56,618 bases of DNA, taken from assembly GCA_026991535.1 (NCBI GenBank), contig JALXBH010000166.1, forward strand, positions 1 through 56,618. The letters are read 5' to 3'. The stretch is from Calditrichia bacterium (GTDB lineage Bacteria > Calditrichota > Calditrichia > Calditrichales > J004). Both the position numbers and the translations under genes were made by a program. A model generated the notes under the pieces. The model worked only from the letters and a program-made list of their open reading frames with translations. It had not been told where the DNA came from and ran no database searches. Shown in pieces: positions 8,903 through 16,667 of the stretch. Position 1 is the first letter of the stretch. Every line of letters starts with the position of its first letter.

Positions 8903-9769
8903 ATGAGTACCGGGTTAAGCATCTTTCTTTCCATACTTTTTTTAAGTATTACCGGAATCTTAATGTTCTTCATCATTTTTCATTATCAGCTTCAAAAAGC
9001 GTTTCAATTGCCACACGTGGAATGCGAAAAGCATCCCCGCGATTTTAAGCTGAACTGGAATGAACATCTGTTAAATGTAAAAGATCAAAAAAAGTTGCAG
9101 TTGTGGGAATGCCCCGGAGCGAGCGGCAATCTGGTTTTTCTGGGCGTTAGCGGCTGGAACCGGGCGGTGGACGCCCTGTTGCCGGTGACCACCCGCCTTA
9201 CCGGTTTCGGCAGCGTTTACCTTTTGAACACGCGCAACCATTGCAAAAGCAGCAACTCCTCTTTTTTATCCATTGTATCCTTCAAAAAAGATTTGCTTGA
9301 AGCCTATAAGTTTATAAAAAAGCAGCATCCGGGAAAGCGCCTTGTTTTGGTGGGGCATGGGTATGCCGCCGCCGTGGCCCTGTATGCGCATGATGAAATT
9401 CCCGAGGCGGACGGTCTTATCCTCTCCTCGGTATTCCCCGATCTGGAAGAGGTGGTGCGCCAGCGTTTTATCGATAATAAAGTGCCGGCCGCTTTTCTGG
9501 ACAATATGACCCGCTTTGTGGAGTTCCGCGCCGGGGAACGTTTTGAGCGGGTGGCGCCCAAAAAGATGCTGCACCGCATAAAAACGCCGGTTATGCTGTA
9601 TGGTAAAAAGGATGATCTGCAAATTCTGCCGGACAATCCCTATATATTTAAGGCCGACGGCCGTTTTCTGGACGGGGCCTTTTGGCAGGGTGAGGAAAGC
9701 GTAAAGCCCCTGATCAAGTTTATCCGCCATATCCGCGAACATGCCCTGAATCTGCAAAAAACCGCCTGA
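8903..9769 (+). CDS. Alpha/beta-hydrolase-fold protein with N-terminal TM anchor; nucleophile elbow reads GHGYA (no Ser)
   Basis: TM ILFLSITGILMFFIIF. Elbow context LVLVGHGYAAAVALY at the position where GxSxG is expected. Length and beta-alpha pattern typical of the fold. Confidence 0.6.
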   Translation: MSTGLSIFLSILFLSITGILMFFIIFHYQLQKAFQLPHVECEKHPRDFKLNWNEHLLNVKDQKKLQLWECPGASGNLVFLGVSGWNRAVDALLPVTTRLTGFGSVYLLNTRNHCKSSNSSFLSIVSFKKDLLEAYKFIKKQHPGKRLVLVGHGYAAAVALYAHDEIPEADGLILSSVFPDLEEVVRQRFIDNKVPAAFLDNMTRFVEFRAGERFERVAPKKMLHRIKTPVMLYGKKDDLQILPDNPYIFKADGRFLDGAFWQGEESVKPLIKFIRHIREHALNLQKTA

Positions 9770-9780
9770 AAGGAATCTCT

Positions 9781-10779
9781 ATGCCAAATGCAAAAATAGC
9801 CGGGATGGGTAAATATGTCCCGGAACGTATTATAACCAATCATGACCTGGAAACGATGATGGACACCTCGGACGCCTGGATACGGGAACGAACGGGCATC
9901 CATGAACGGCGCTGGGTGGAGCCGGGCAGGGAAACCGCGGCTACCATGGGCGTGGCTGCCGCCAGAAACGCCCTGAAACAGGCGGGCATGAATGAACAGG
10001 ATGTGGATTTTATCATTTTTGCCACCCTCAGCCCGGAATATACCTTTCCCGGCAGTGGCTGCCTGCTGGGAGATGAACTGGGGCTGAACGGCGTCGGCGC
10101 GCTGGATATACGCACCCAATGCACCGGCTTTGTGTACGCTCTTTCCATTGCCGATCAGTTTATAAAAAGCGGTATGTATAAAACCATCCTGGTGGTGGGC
10201 GGCGAGGTGCAAAGCACGGCGCTGAATGTGAGTACCGAGGGACGTGACGTGGCGGTTATCTTTGGCGATGGCGCGGGAGCGACAGTGCTGACGGCCACGG
10301 AGGAAGAGGGCAGGGGCATCCTGACCAGCAACCTGCACGCCGACGGTAAATATGCCCGGCAACTGTACTGCGAGGATCCCGGCAGCCGGGGCGATAAGAG
10401 GGTAAGCCATGAGATGATCGACAACGGTACTATTTACCCTTATATGAACGGCCGCTATGTATTTAAACATGCCGTTACCCGTTTCCCGGAGGCGATTATG
10501 GAAACCCTGGCCGCCACCGGCTATACCAAGGATGATATCGACCTGATCGTGCCCCATCAGGCCAATAAACGGATCACGGAAGCGGTGCAGCAGCGCCTGG
10601 ATGTACCCTCCGAAAAGGTGTTCAGCAATATCCATAAATATGGCAATACCACCGCCGCCTCCATCCCCATCGCCCTGACCGAGGCGCTGGAAGAGGGACG
10701 CATAAAGGCGGGTGACCTGGTGTGTACGGTGGCCTTCGGCAGCGGTTTTACCTGGGGCGCCAACCTGATCCGTTTTTAA
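9781..10779 (+). CDS. fabH: 3-oxoacyl-ACP synthase III
   Basis: GMGKYVPERIITNHDLETMMDTSDAWIRERTGIHERR, active-site C (RTQCTGFVYAL), VPHQANKRI, NIHKYGNTTAASIPIAL, FGSGFTWGA. Confidence 0.95.
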   Translation: MPNAKIAGMGKYVPERIITNHDLETMMDTSDAWIRERTGIHERRWVEPGRETAATMGVAAARNALKQAGMNEQDVDFIIFATLSPEYTFPGSGCLLGDELGLNGVGALDIRTQCTGFVYALSIADQFIKSGMYKTILVVGGEVQSTALNVSTEGRDVAVIFGDGAGATVLTATEEEGRGILTSNLHADGKYARQLYCEDPGSRGDKRVSHEMIDNGTIYPYMNGRYVFKHAVTRFPEAIMETLAATGYTKDDIDLIVPHQANKRITEAVQQRLDVPSEKVFSNIHKYGNTTAASIPIALTEALEEGRIKAGDLVCTVAFGSGFTWGANLIRF

Positions 10780-10835
10780 TATAACTTACAGCATAAGTAT
10801 TTGGATTAAACTATTAAAATTAGTAGAAAAGATAT

Positions 10836-12128
10836 ATGGAAAATGAAGTACATGAACCTCAATTAGAACTTTTTGAGGTAGAAAAAACAAAAAAAGCAAA
10901 TTTAACTTCTACTTTTGCTGATAATATGAAATTACCAATACACCGATGGTATAGATATACAGCTGGTTTCTCGGGAACTTGGGTAAGAAAATTAATTAGA
11001 GAAGAAGGTGCGTATAATATATTAGATCCCTTTTGTGGGTCTGGTACTGTATTACTAGAAGGAGAATTTGCTGGAGTAAATAGTATTGGAATAGAGGCTC
11101 ACCCATATATTTATAGAATTGCGAAAGCAAAGTTGTCATGGAAGATAGACCCTCGAGACTTTAAAGATTCTGCAAAGAGATTGCTTATAAGTGCGCAAAA
11201 AAAGAAAATTGATAAAACTGCTTATCCAAAATTGATAGATAAATGTTATACTAAAGAGATTATTGAAAAGTTAGAAGCTTTAAAACAAGCATGGTTTGAA
11301 TCAGAAGATAATGTTGAATTAAAAGAACTTAATTGGTTTGTAGTTACATCGATTTTAAGAACAACCTCTCCAGTAGGTACTGCACAATGGCAATACATCC
11401 AACCTTCGAAAACCAAGGGTAAAGTTATTGATGTCTTTCAAGCCTTTGAAAATAAAGTATATGAAATGGCCCATGATATGAGAGTAATGCAAAGGAAATA
11501 TCCAAATGCATCACAAAGTGAAGTTTTTTTGGAAGATGCCAGACATATGCCGTCAGTGCCTGACAATTGGGCGGATATTATAATAACTTCGCCGCCTTAT
11601 GCCAATAATTATGATTATGCTGATGCTACCCGGCTAGAAATGACCTTTTGGGGTGATATAGAAGGTTGGGGAGATTTGCACGATAAAGTTAGAAAGTACC
11701 TTGTCACAGCTTGTACACAACATGCTATAAAATTAAAAAGCGAAAGTGAAAAAATTTTAGAATCTCCATTGTTGGCACCCATAAGAGATGAAATAATAAA
11801 TGTTTATGGTAAGTTGGCTGAAACAAGGTTAGAAAGGGGAGGGAAGAAAAATTATCATCTGATGATAATTGCCTATTTTTATGACTTAGCGAAAGTTTTT
11901 AATGAATTACGTAGAGTGACAAAAAATGGGTGTAAAGTATGTTTTGTGGTTGGAGATAGCGCTCCATATGGGGTTTATGTTCCTGTTGATAAGTGGTTAG
12001 GCGAACTAGCTGTTTATTCGGGCTTTTATTCTTATGAATTTGAAAAATTACGAGACAGGAATATCAAATGGAAAAACAGAAAACATAGAGTACCTTTGCA
12101 CGAAGGAAGACTTTGGATTAAAGGATAA
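10836..12128 (+). CDS. DNA methyltransferase (amino-MTase; SPPY motif IV suggests N4-cytosine, N6-adenine not excluded)
   Basis: AdoMet motif I LDPFCGSGTVLLEG about 185 residues before motif IV IIITSPPYANNYDY. PIHRWYRYTAGFS box near the N-terminus. The stop overlaps the next start (TAATG). Confidence 0.8.
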   Translation: MENEVHEPQLELFEVEKTKKANLTSTFADNMKLPIHRWYRYTAGFSGTWVRKLIREEGAYNILDPFCGSGTVLLEGEFAGVNSIGIEAHPYIYRIAKAKLSWKIDPRDFKDSAKRLLISAQKKKIDKTAYPKLIDKCYTKEIIEKLEALKQAWFESEDNVELKELNWFVVTSILRTTSPVGTAQWQYIQPSKTKGKVIDVFQAFENKVYEMAHDMRVMQRKYPNASQSEVFLEDARHMPSVPDNWADIIITSPPYANNYDYADATRLEMTFWGDIEGWGDLHDKVRKYLVTACTQHAIKLKSESEKILESPLLAPIRDEIINVYGKLAETRLERGGKKNYHLMIIAYFYDLAKVFNELRRVTKNGCKVCFVVGDSAPYGVYVPVDKWLGELAVYSGFYSYEFEKLRDRNIKWKNRKHRVPLHEGRLWIKG

Positions 12129-13000
12129 TGGCAAAATCACCAGCACATAAATTGGGGCAAATCATCGGGGACTTTATAGAAGAAGTGTTTGCCAATGAAT
12201 TAGCAAAGTTTGCCCGAAAGCACAAGTTGTATTTAGATAAAAAGGGAGAACGTTCAGCCAGGCCAGGAAAAAAAGTAACTTGGACTGACTCATTTGGAAA
12301 CTCTCATGATTTGGATTTTGTCCTTGAGAGAAATGGAAAAGGGAATAAGATAGGAGAGCCTGTTGCGTTCATTGAATGTGCATGGAGAAGATATACAAGA
12401 CACTCCCGAAATAAAGCACAGGAGATACAAGGTGCAATACTTCCTCTTGTTGCAACAAATAAAAATTATGCGCCTTTTATTGGTGTTGTTCTCGCGGGGG
12501 AGTTCACAGGTGGTGCTCTGACACAGTTAAAGTCTCTTGGTTTTAATGTTCTTTACTTTCCATATGATCTTATTATTAAGGCTTTTAAAAAATATAACAT
12601 TGACATAAGTACTGAAGAAAGTACTTCTGAAAAAGTTCTCTTTAACAAAATTAAAAATTGGAAAAATTTCGATAAAAAGAAGGATATTGCCAGTTATTTA
12701 TTGAAGTTGAATAAAGTGAATGTAGATATCTTTTTTAATAACCTAGAGAAAACAGTTGATAGATATATCGTTTCAATTGGTATCAGACCGTTACATGGTT
12801 CTTACTTTTCGATGCTGACCATCGATGAAGCGATTACCTTTATAAATAATTATCGGACTGATAAAAATGATCTTCCTGTTCTAAAATATGAAATACTAGT
12901 CAGGTATAATAATGAAGATAAAGTCGAAGGTGTTTTTAGCTCTAAAGGTACCGCGATTGAATTTCTTAAATCATATAAAGGCCCTAAACCAAAACGATAA
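12128..13000 (+). CDS. Candidate restriction endonuclease partner (no family recognised)
   Basis: Translationally coupled to the MTase and shares its AT-rich composition. Possible PD-(D/E)xK acidic residues in HDLDFVLE ... FIECAWRRY (no canonical Lys). Lys/Asn-rich C-terminal half. Confidence 0.5.
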   Translation: MAKSPAHKLGQIIGDFIEEVFANELAKFARKHKLYLDKKGERSARPGKKVTWTDSFGNSHDLDFVLERNGKGNKIGEPVAFIECAWRRYTRHSRNKAQEIQGAILPLVATNKNYAPFIGVVLAGEFTGGALTQLKSLGFNVLYFPYDLIIKAFKKYNIDISTEESTSEKVLFNKIKNWKNFDKKKDIASYLLKLNKVNVDIFFNNLEKTVDRYIVSIGIRPLHGSYFSMLTIDEAITFINNYRTDKNDLPVLKYEILVRYNNEDKVEGVFSSKGTAIEFLKSYKGPKPKR

Positions 13001-13009
13001 TATGCTTAT

Positions 13010-13051
13010 CTGATAAAGTGAAAATAAATATTGCTTTTTATCAGTTTTTTT
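13010..13051 (+). terminator. Weak AT-rich hairpin plus T7 run after the islet operon
   Basis: ctgataaag ... ctttttatcag (imperfect, 2-nt bulge) followed by ttttttt at 13045..13051. Confidence 0.35.
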
Positions 13052-13105
13052 GGTGTGCGTGCCAATCTGTCGTAACTTAGCCGCCTGTTAAAATTGAATA
13101 TGTGA

Positions 13106-13999
13106 GTGAGTATCGTGGCTAAAAAGAAAAATCCCCTGAATATTATTCAAAACAGTTCCATGCGTCGTCCGGAATGGCTGCGCATCAAGCTGGGTGACAA
13201 TAAAAATTTTTCCGAACTGCGCGCCCTGGTTAAGGATCAGCGGTTGAACACTGTCTGCGAAAGCGCCCGCTGTCCCAATCTGGGCGAGTGCTGGAACCGC
13301 GGCACGGCTACCTTTATGATTCTCGGTGAGATATGCACGCGCAGTTGTACCTTTTGCAATATCGAGGTGGGCAAGCCGCCGGCTTATGATCTGGAAGAGC
13401 CGCAACGGGTGGCCGATTCGGTGAAGCAGCTTAATCTGCGGCACGCGGTCATCACCTCCGTAACCCGCGATGACCTGAGCGACGGCGGGGCCTTTATCTT
13501 TGCCGAAACCATACGCAAAATCCGCCAGAAAAAACCGGGCTGCACCATTGAGGTGCTGATCCCCGATATGAAGGGGGATACCGACGATCTGGATACCATT
13601 CTGGACGCCCGTCCCGACATCCTGAACCATAACCTGGAAACGGTGGAGCGGCTGCAAAAGGCGCTGCGGGTGCAGGCCACCTACCGGCGTTCCCTGTTTG
13701 TGCTGGAGTATGCCAAAAAGCGGGGCTTTGCCACCAAAACCGGCATCATGGTGGGCGTGGGCGAGGAGAAGGAGGAGATCATTCAACTGATGAAGGACGC
13801 CCGTGCCATCGATGTGGACATCCTGACCATCGGCCAGTACCTGCCGCCCTCCAAACAGCATTATCCCATACAACGCTACTACCATCCGGATGAATTTTCC
13901 GAGCTGAAGAGTATTGGACTGGAGCTGGGATTTAAGCATATCGAATCCGGGCCGCTGGTGCGCAGCTCCTACCATGCCGACGCCCACGTGGTGAAATAG
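13106..13999 (+). CDS. lipA: Lipoyl synthase
   Basis: Both cluster motifs are present: [12 protein letters not shown] and the radical-SAM CTRSCTFC. Also RPEWLRIKL and [14 protein letters not shown] start. Confidence 0.95.
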   Translation: MSIVAKKKNPLNIIQNSSMRRPEWLRIKLGDNKNFSELRALVKDQRLNTVCESARCPNLGECWNRGTATFMILGEICTRSCTFCNIEVGKPPAYDLEEPQRVADSVKQLNLRHAVITSVTRDDLSDGGAFIFAETIRKIRQKKPGCTIEVLIPDMKGDTDDLDTILDARPDILNHNLETVERLQKALRVQATYRRSLFVLEYAKKRGFATKTGIMVGVGEEKEEIIQLMKDARAIDVDILTIGQYLPPSKQHYPIQRYYHPDEFSELKSIGLELGFKHIESGPLVRSSYHADAHVVK

Positions 14000-14052
14000 C
14001 CTGCGGAACTGCCCGTTCCCGGGCCGTTACACCTAAAAAAGAGGAACGGGGT

Positions 14053-14376
14053 TTACAGGGCGCGGATAGCTGCATTCAGGGCGTCATTCAAAGCGTTAAT
14101 GGCGGCATTGACAGCCTTTTGAGCCGTTGCCCGTACCTGTATCTCCAGGGCAAGCGCGGCGTTTTCCAGCACACTCTTTTCATTTTGCAGGGCGGTGTCG
14201 AACTCTGCCCGGGTTGCCGTTGGGTCCAGCCTGATGGCGGCAATGAGCTTTAGCCGCTCTTTTTCATCTTCCAGTATCTGCTTCATCTGGTTTCGGATCA
14301 GCTCACTGTCATTCGCTAATTCCGTCTGAGCCGCGCTTACCATGGACTTAAACGTGGCCTCGAAATCAAAACCCAT
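14053..14376 (-). CDS. Small Ala-rich all-helical protein (107 aa), hypothetical
   Basis: ORF 12 nt downstream of the lipoprotein gene on the same strand. No signal peptide. C-terminal NAAINALNDALNAAIRAL repeat-like helix. Confidence 0.6.
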   Translation of the reverse strand: MGFDFEATFKSMVSAAQTELANDSELIRNQMKQILEDEKERLKLIAAIRLDPTATRAEFDTALQNEKSVLENAALALEIQVRATAQKAVNAAINALNDALNAAIRAL

Positions 14377-14388
14377 TGTCGCCCTCCT

Positions 14389-14847
14389 CTATTGATTGTT
14401 TTTGGATATATCTTTGGATTTCTCACCGGTCACGATATATTTGAAGGCATCGGACAGTTGGCGGCGATAGGCTTTGGCTGACGTATTTGAAATATGGCCC
14501 TGCGACCGGAAGAGCTCCGTTATGCCGGCCCAAATAGCAATCACATTTTTTACCTGGGATGTTGTTTGGCTGTTTTGGTCGCGCGCCTCGTTTTTAAGCA
14601 ACAGGCTGTTCATTTCAACCTCAATAGCGATTATTTCGTTCTTGATCGTATCATAGCCGCGCTGTTCACCGGCTGCCTCGATATAGTTTGCCCAAAAAAA
14701 ATCCACGCGCCTGGCCAAATCGAAGGTGTCAGCCAATACCTCCTTGTCATAGTCAGCCACCAGCTTTACCTGTGTGCATCCGAACAGCAAAAACAAGAAT
14801 AGCGCCAGCGCCCAATAGACGGTTGTTTGTGTTCGTTTATATCGCAT
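14389..14847 (-). CDS. Hypothetical lipoprotein (152 aa)
   Basis: Signal peptide with lipobox LLFGC. GGGAGAAGGA SD before the ATG at 14847. Predicted helical mature part. Confidence 0.65.
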   Translation of the reverse strand: MRYKRTQTTVYWALALFLFLLFGCTQVKLVADYDKEVLADTFDLARRVDFFWANYIEAAGEQRGYDTIKNEIIAIEVEMNSLLLKNEARDQNSQTTSQVKNVIAIWAGITELFRSQGHISNTSAKAYRRQLSDAFKYIVTGEKSKDISKNNQ

Positions 14848-15124
14848 AACTATCCTTCTCCCACTATTTTTTGTCAGGTTTACCGCGTCCTTCCCGACGG
14901 CCGGTTTAGACGGAACGGATTTTGACTTCTTATAATGTATAAGCTCAGGGATACTATGGTTTGGGCCCTGTTATCGTTTACCATAAATCTGATTAACAAT
15001 CCAGTCCGAGCCTTTGGAAATGTTTTCCCTCAATGTCCGGAAAGACTCTGTTCCGCCGTAATGTTATGGTTCTAACTCTAAGGCCTGTAAAAAATTCCCT
15101 TTCCCTTAACAGGATAAAGCCATG

Positions 15125-15880
15125 CTAAAAAAAGAGCAGACGCACAATCAGCGCCGGCGCGGCGGCCGTGGCCAGCGAAAGCAGCGAGCCGATCAGGAAA
15201 TATTCGGCAAAGGGGCGGTTGTCCAGATCCTTAAAGCGGGCCAGGGATTTTATGGCCACAACGATGGCAATGGCGCCGGGCTGGTTAAACAGCACCATCA
15301 CATAAAAAAGCAGCCGTTCCAGAATGCCGATAAGCCGTCCGCGTTCATATTCGTCCATATCCTGCTTTTCCGGATGATCCTTGTGCACGGGCGTGGCACG
15401 CACGGTATTAAGCACCAGGCGGATAAGGATGGTAGCTTCCTTTACGGTGTAGAGCATGGCCGTAAGGGCCGCCAGCCACAGGGTGTTCACCGTGTCCGCA
15501 TGTAGCAGGCGTTCACGAAAAAAACTGCCCGCGGCGGCCAGCGGATTGGCGGAAAACCAGTCCCCGGAGGAAAAGGGCAACATCCTCATCAGGATAACGA
15601 CCAATACCAGTGCCAGCGAGTGCAGCATAAAAGTGAGCAGGGGGCGCCCTTTTACGCGAAAAAGGCTGTCTGTCAGTACCATAAGGATATGAAAGATGAT
15701 CAACAGGGCCACCCAAACCATATTTTCCCAAAAGATCACGCCCCACAGGCTCCAAAGCAGGCGGTATAGAATGGCGCTTCCGCCGGCCTTCTGTTCTTCG
15801 GTCAGACAGCGGATATCATAAAAAAAGAGCCGACCGCTCCAGTAAAGCAGGATAAAAAAGATCATAGCCCCTGCGTTCAT
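15125..15880 (-). CDS. DUF3307/SatE-type polytopic membrane protein
   Basis: Almost entirely hydrophobic helices, with a conserved-looking EYERGRLIGILERLLFY loop. ATG at 15880 overlaps the satD-like stop (ATGA). The ORF track extends to 15898. Confidence 0.65.
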   Translation of the reverse strand: MNAGAMIFFILLYWSGRLFFYDIRCLTEEQKAGGSAILYRLLWSLWGVIFWENMVWVALLIIFHILMVLTDSLFRVKGRPLLTFMLHSLALVLVVILMRMLPFSSGDWFSANPLAAAGSFFRERLLHADTVNTLWLAALTAMLYTVKEATILIRLVLNTVRATPVHKDHPEKQDMDEYERGRLIGILERLLFYVMVLFNQPGAIAIVVAIKSLARFKDLDNRPFAEYFLIGSLLSLATAAAPALIVRLLFF

Positions 15881-16518
15881 CCCTGGGCCTCCCTCCATAA
15901 AAGTTCAATATGCCGGCTGCTGTCCACCGTCAGCCCAAAGGCGGGATCGCGGATGATCCTGGAGATGGCCGGTTGGCTGACCTCCAGGCGGTGGGCGATA
16001 TCTTTCTGCTTCATGCCGCGATGATGATACAGATAGTAACTTTGCTTCTTCAGGAGTTTCCATGAAGCGCGTTTCAGGCTCATCCAGTGCAGTAACAGGT
16101 TGATGGTTTGCGTATACGGCGCTCCCGCGCCCTTAAAATGATAGATAAAGCCGCTCTTTCTGGCGGTTTCCAGGGCTTCGCGCGCGTTGTAAAAGGCCGG
16201 CCCATCCATGCCGATGGCCGCCTTGCGGTTAATCTGCGTGCTTATGCCGCCCAAACCGAAACCATAACGGAAGGGAATATAGTTCATACTGAATTCGAAT
16301 TGGGCCAGTAGCTCAAAAACAGGACCATCCGGCGGCAATACCACCTGAAACTCATCACCGATGGTCAGCGTGGGGGGAGAGATAACCCTGTCCGCGAATT
16401 TGAGGGCGCTGTATCCGAGCGCCGTTTGGAAGCGTTTTTGCAATGCCGCCCGCTCCTGCCGTAAACGCGAGCGGATGATGTCTCCGATGATTACAAGATA
16501 CAATCTGGTTCCGGCCAT
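15877..16518 (-). CDS. SatD-family protein: nucleotide-cyclase-like N-terminal domain plus C-terminal HTH
   Basis: LVIIGDIIRSR and TLTIGDEFQVV motifs 42 residues apart. HTH KQKDIAHRLEVSQPAISRII. Start chosen at MAGTRLY (GAGGGG SD); the TTG-extended ORF runs to 16596. Confidence 0.65.
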   Translation of the reverse strand: MAGTRLYLVIIGDIIRSRLRQERAALQKRFQTALGYSALKFADRVISPPTLTIGDEFQVVLPPDGPVFELLAQFEFSMNYIPFRYGFGLGGISTQINRKAAIGMDGPAFYNAREALETARKSGFIYHFKGAGAPYTQTINLLLHWMSLKRASWKLLKKQSYYLYHHRGMKQKDIAHRLEVSQPAISRIIRDPAFGLTVDSSRHIELLWREAQG

Positions 16519-16597
16519 AACCCCTCTTGTTGTTTTTGTGTCGATATAAGCAAAATATGGTATAAATACATTACGGTAAATGTTATAATATGGCAAT

Positions 16598-16665
16598 ATA
16601 ACAAAAATAATTATAAAAACAATTATATAACTAAAAAAGCTAATAATAGAAAAAATAACAAAAAT
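16598..16665. repeat. Two copies of ATAACAAAAAT (16598..16608, 16655..16665) in the very AT-rich spacer upstream of the satD-like gene
   Basis: Exact 11-nt direct repeat read from the sequence, 57 nt apart. Confidence 0.5.
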
Positions 16666-16667
16666 TG

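Larger units (their letters stand above)
10780..13105. other. AT-rich two-gene islet (probable horizontally acquired R-M-like module) between fabH and lipA
   Basis: Hand counts: 15 G+C in line 10861..10920 against 39 G+C in line 10681..10740. A/T-ending codon usage. Sharp composition change at both edges. Confidence 0.8.

Noticed and set aside
9640-10635. 331-aa ORF antisense to fabH
   Set aside because: It lies entirely inside a gene with unmistakable FabH motifs. The peptide is Gly/Ala/His/Arg-rich with no motif. Long stop-free antisense frames are expected in G+C-rich coding DNA.
10782-13080. Possible target-site duplication flanking the islet: taacttac (10782..10789) and taacttag (13073..13080)
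   Set aside because: Only 7 of 8 nt match, in AT-rich sequence, which is far too short to distinguish from chance. No inverted repeats or att-like structure accompany it.
13088-13987. 299-aa ORF antisense to lipA
   Set aside because: Same reasoning: the sense frame carries both LipA Cys motifs, and the antisense product is low-complexity.
14922-14943. TTGACT and TATAAT hexamers plus the palindrome cttataatgtataag
   Set aside because: The hexamers are only 3 nt apart, so they cannot form a sigma-70 promoter. They also face a strand with nothing to transcribe. The 6-bp AT palindrome is weak evidence for an operator.
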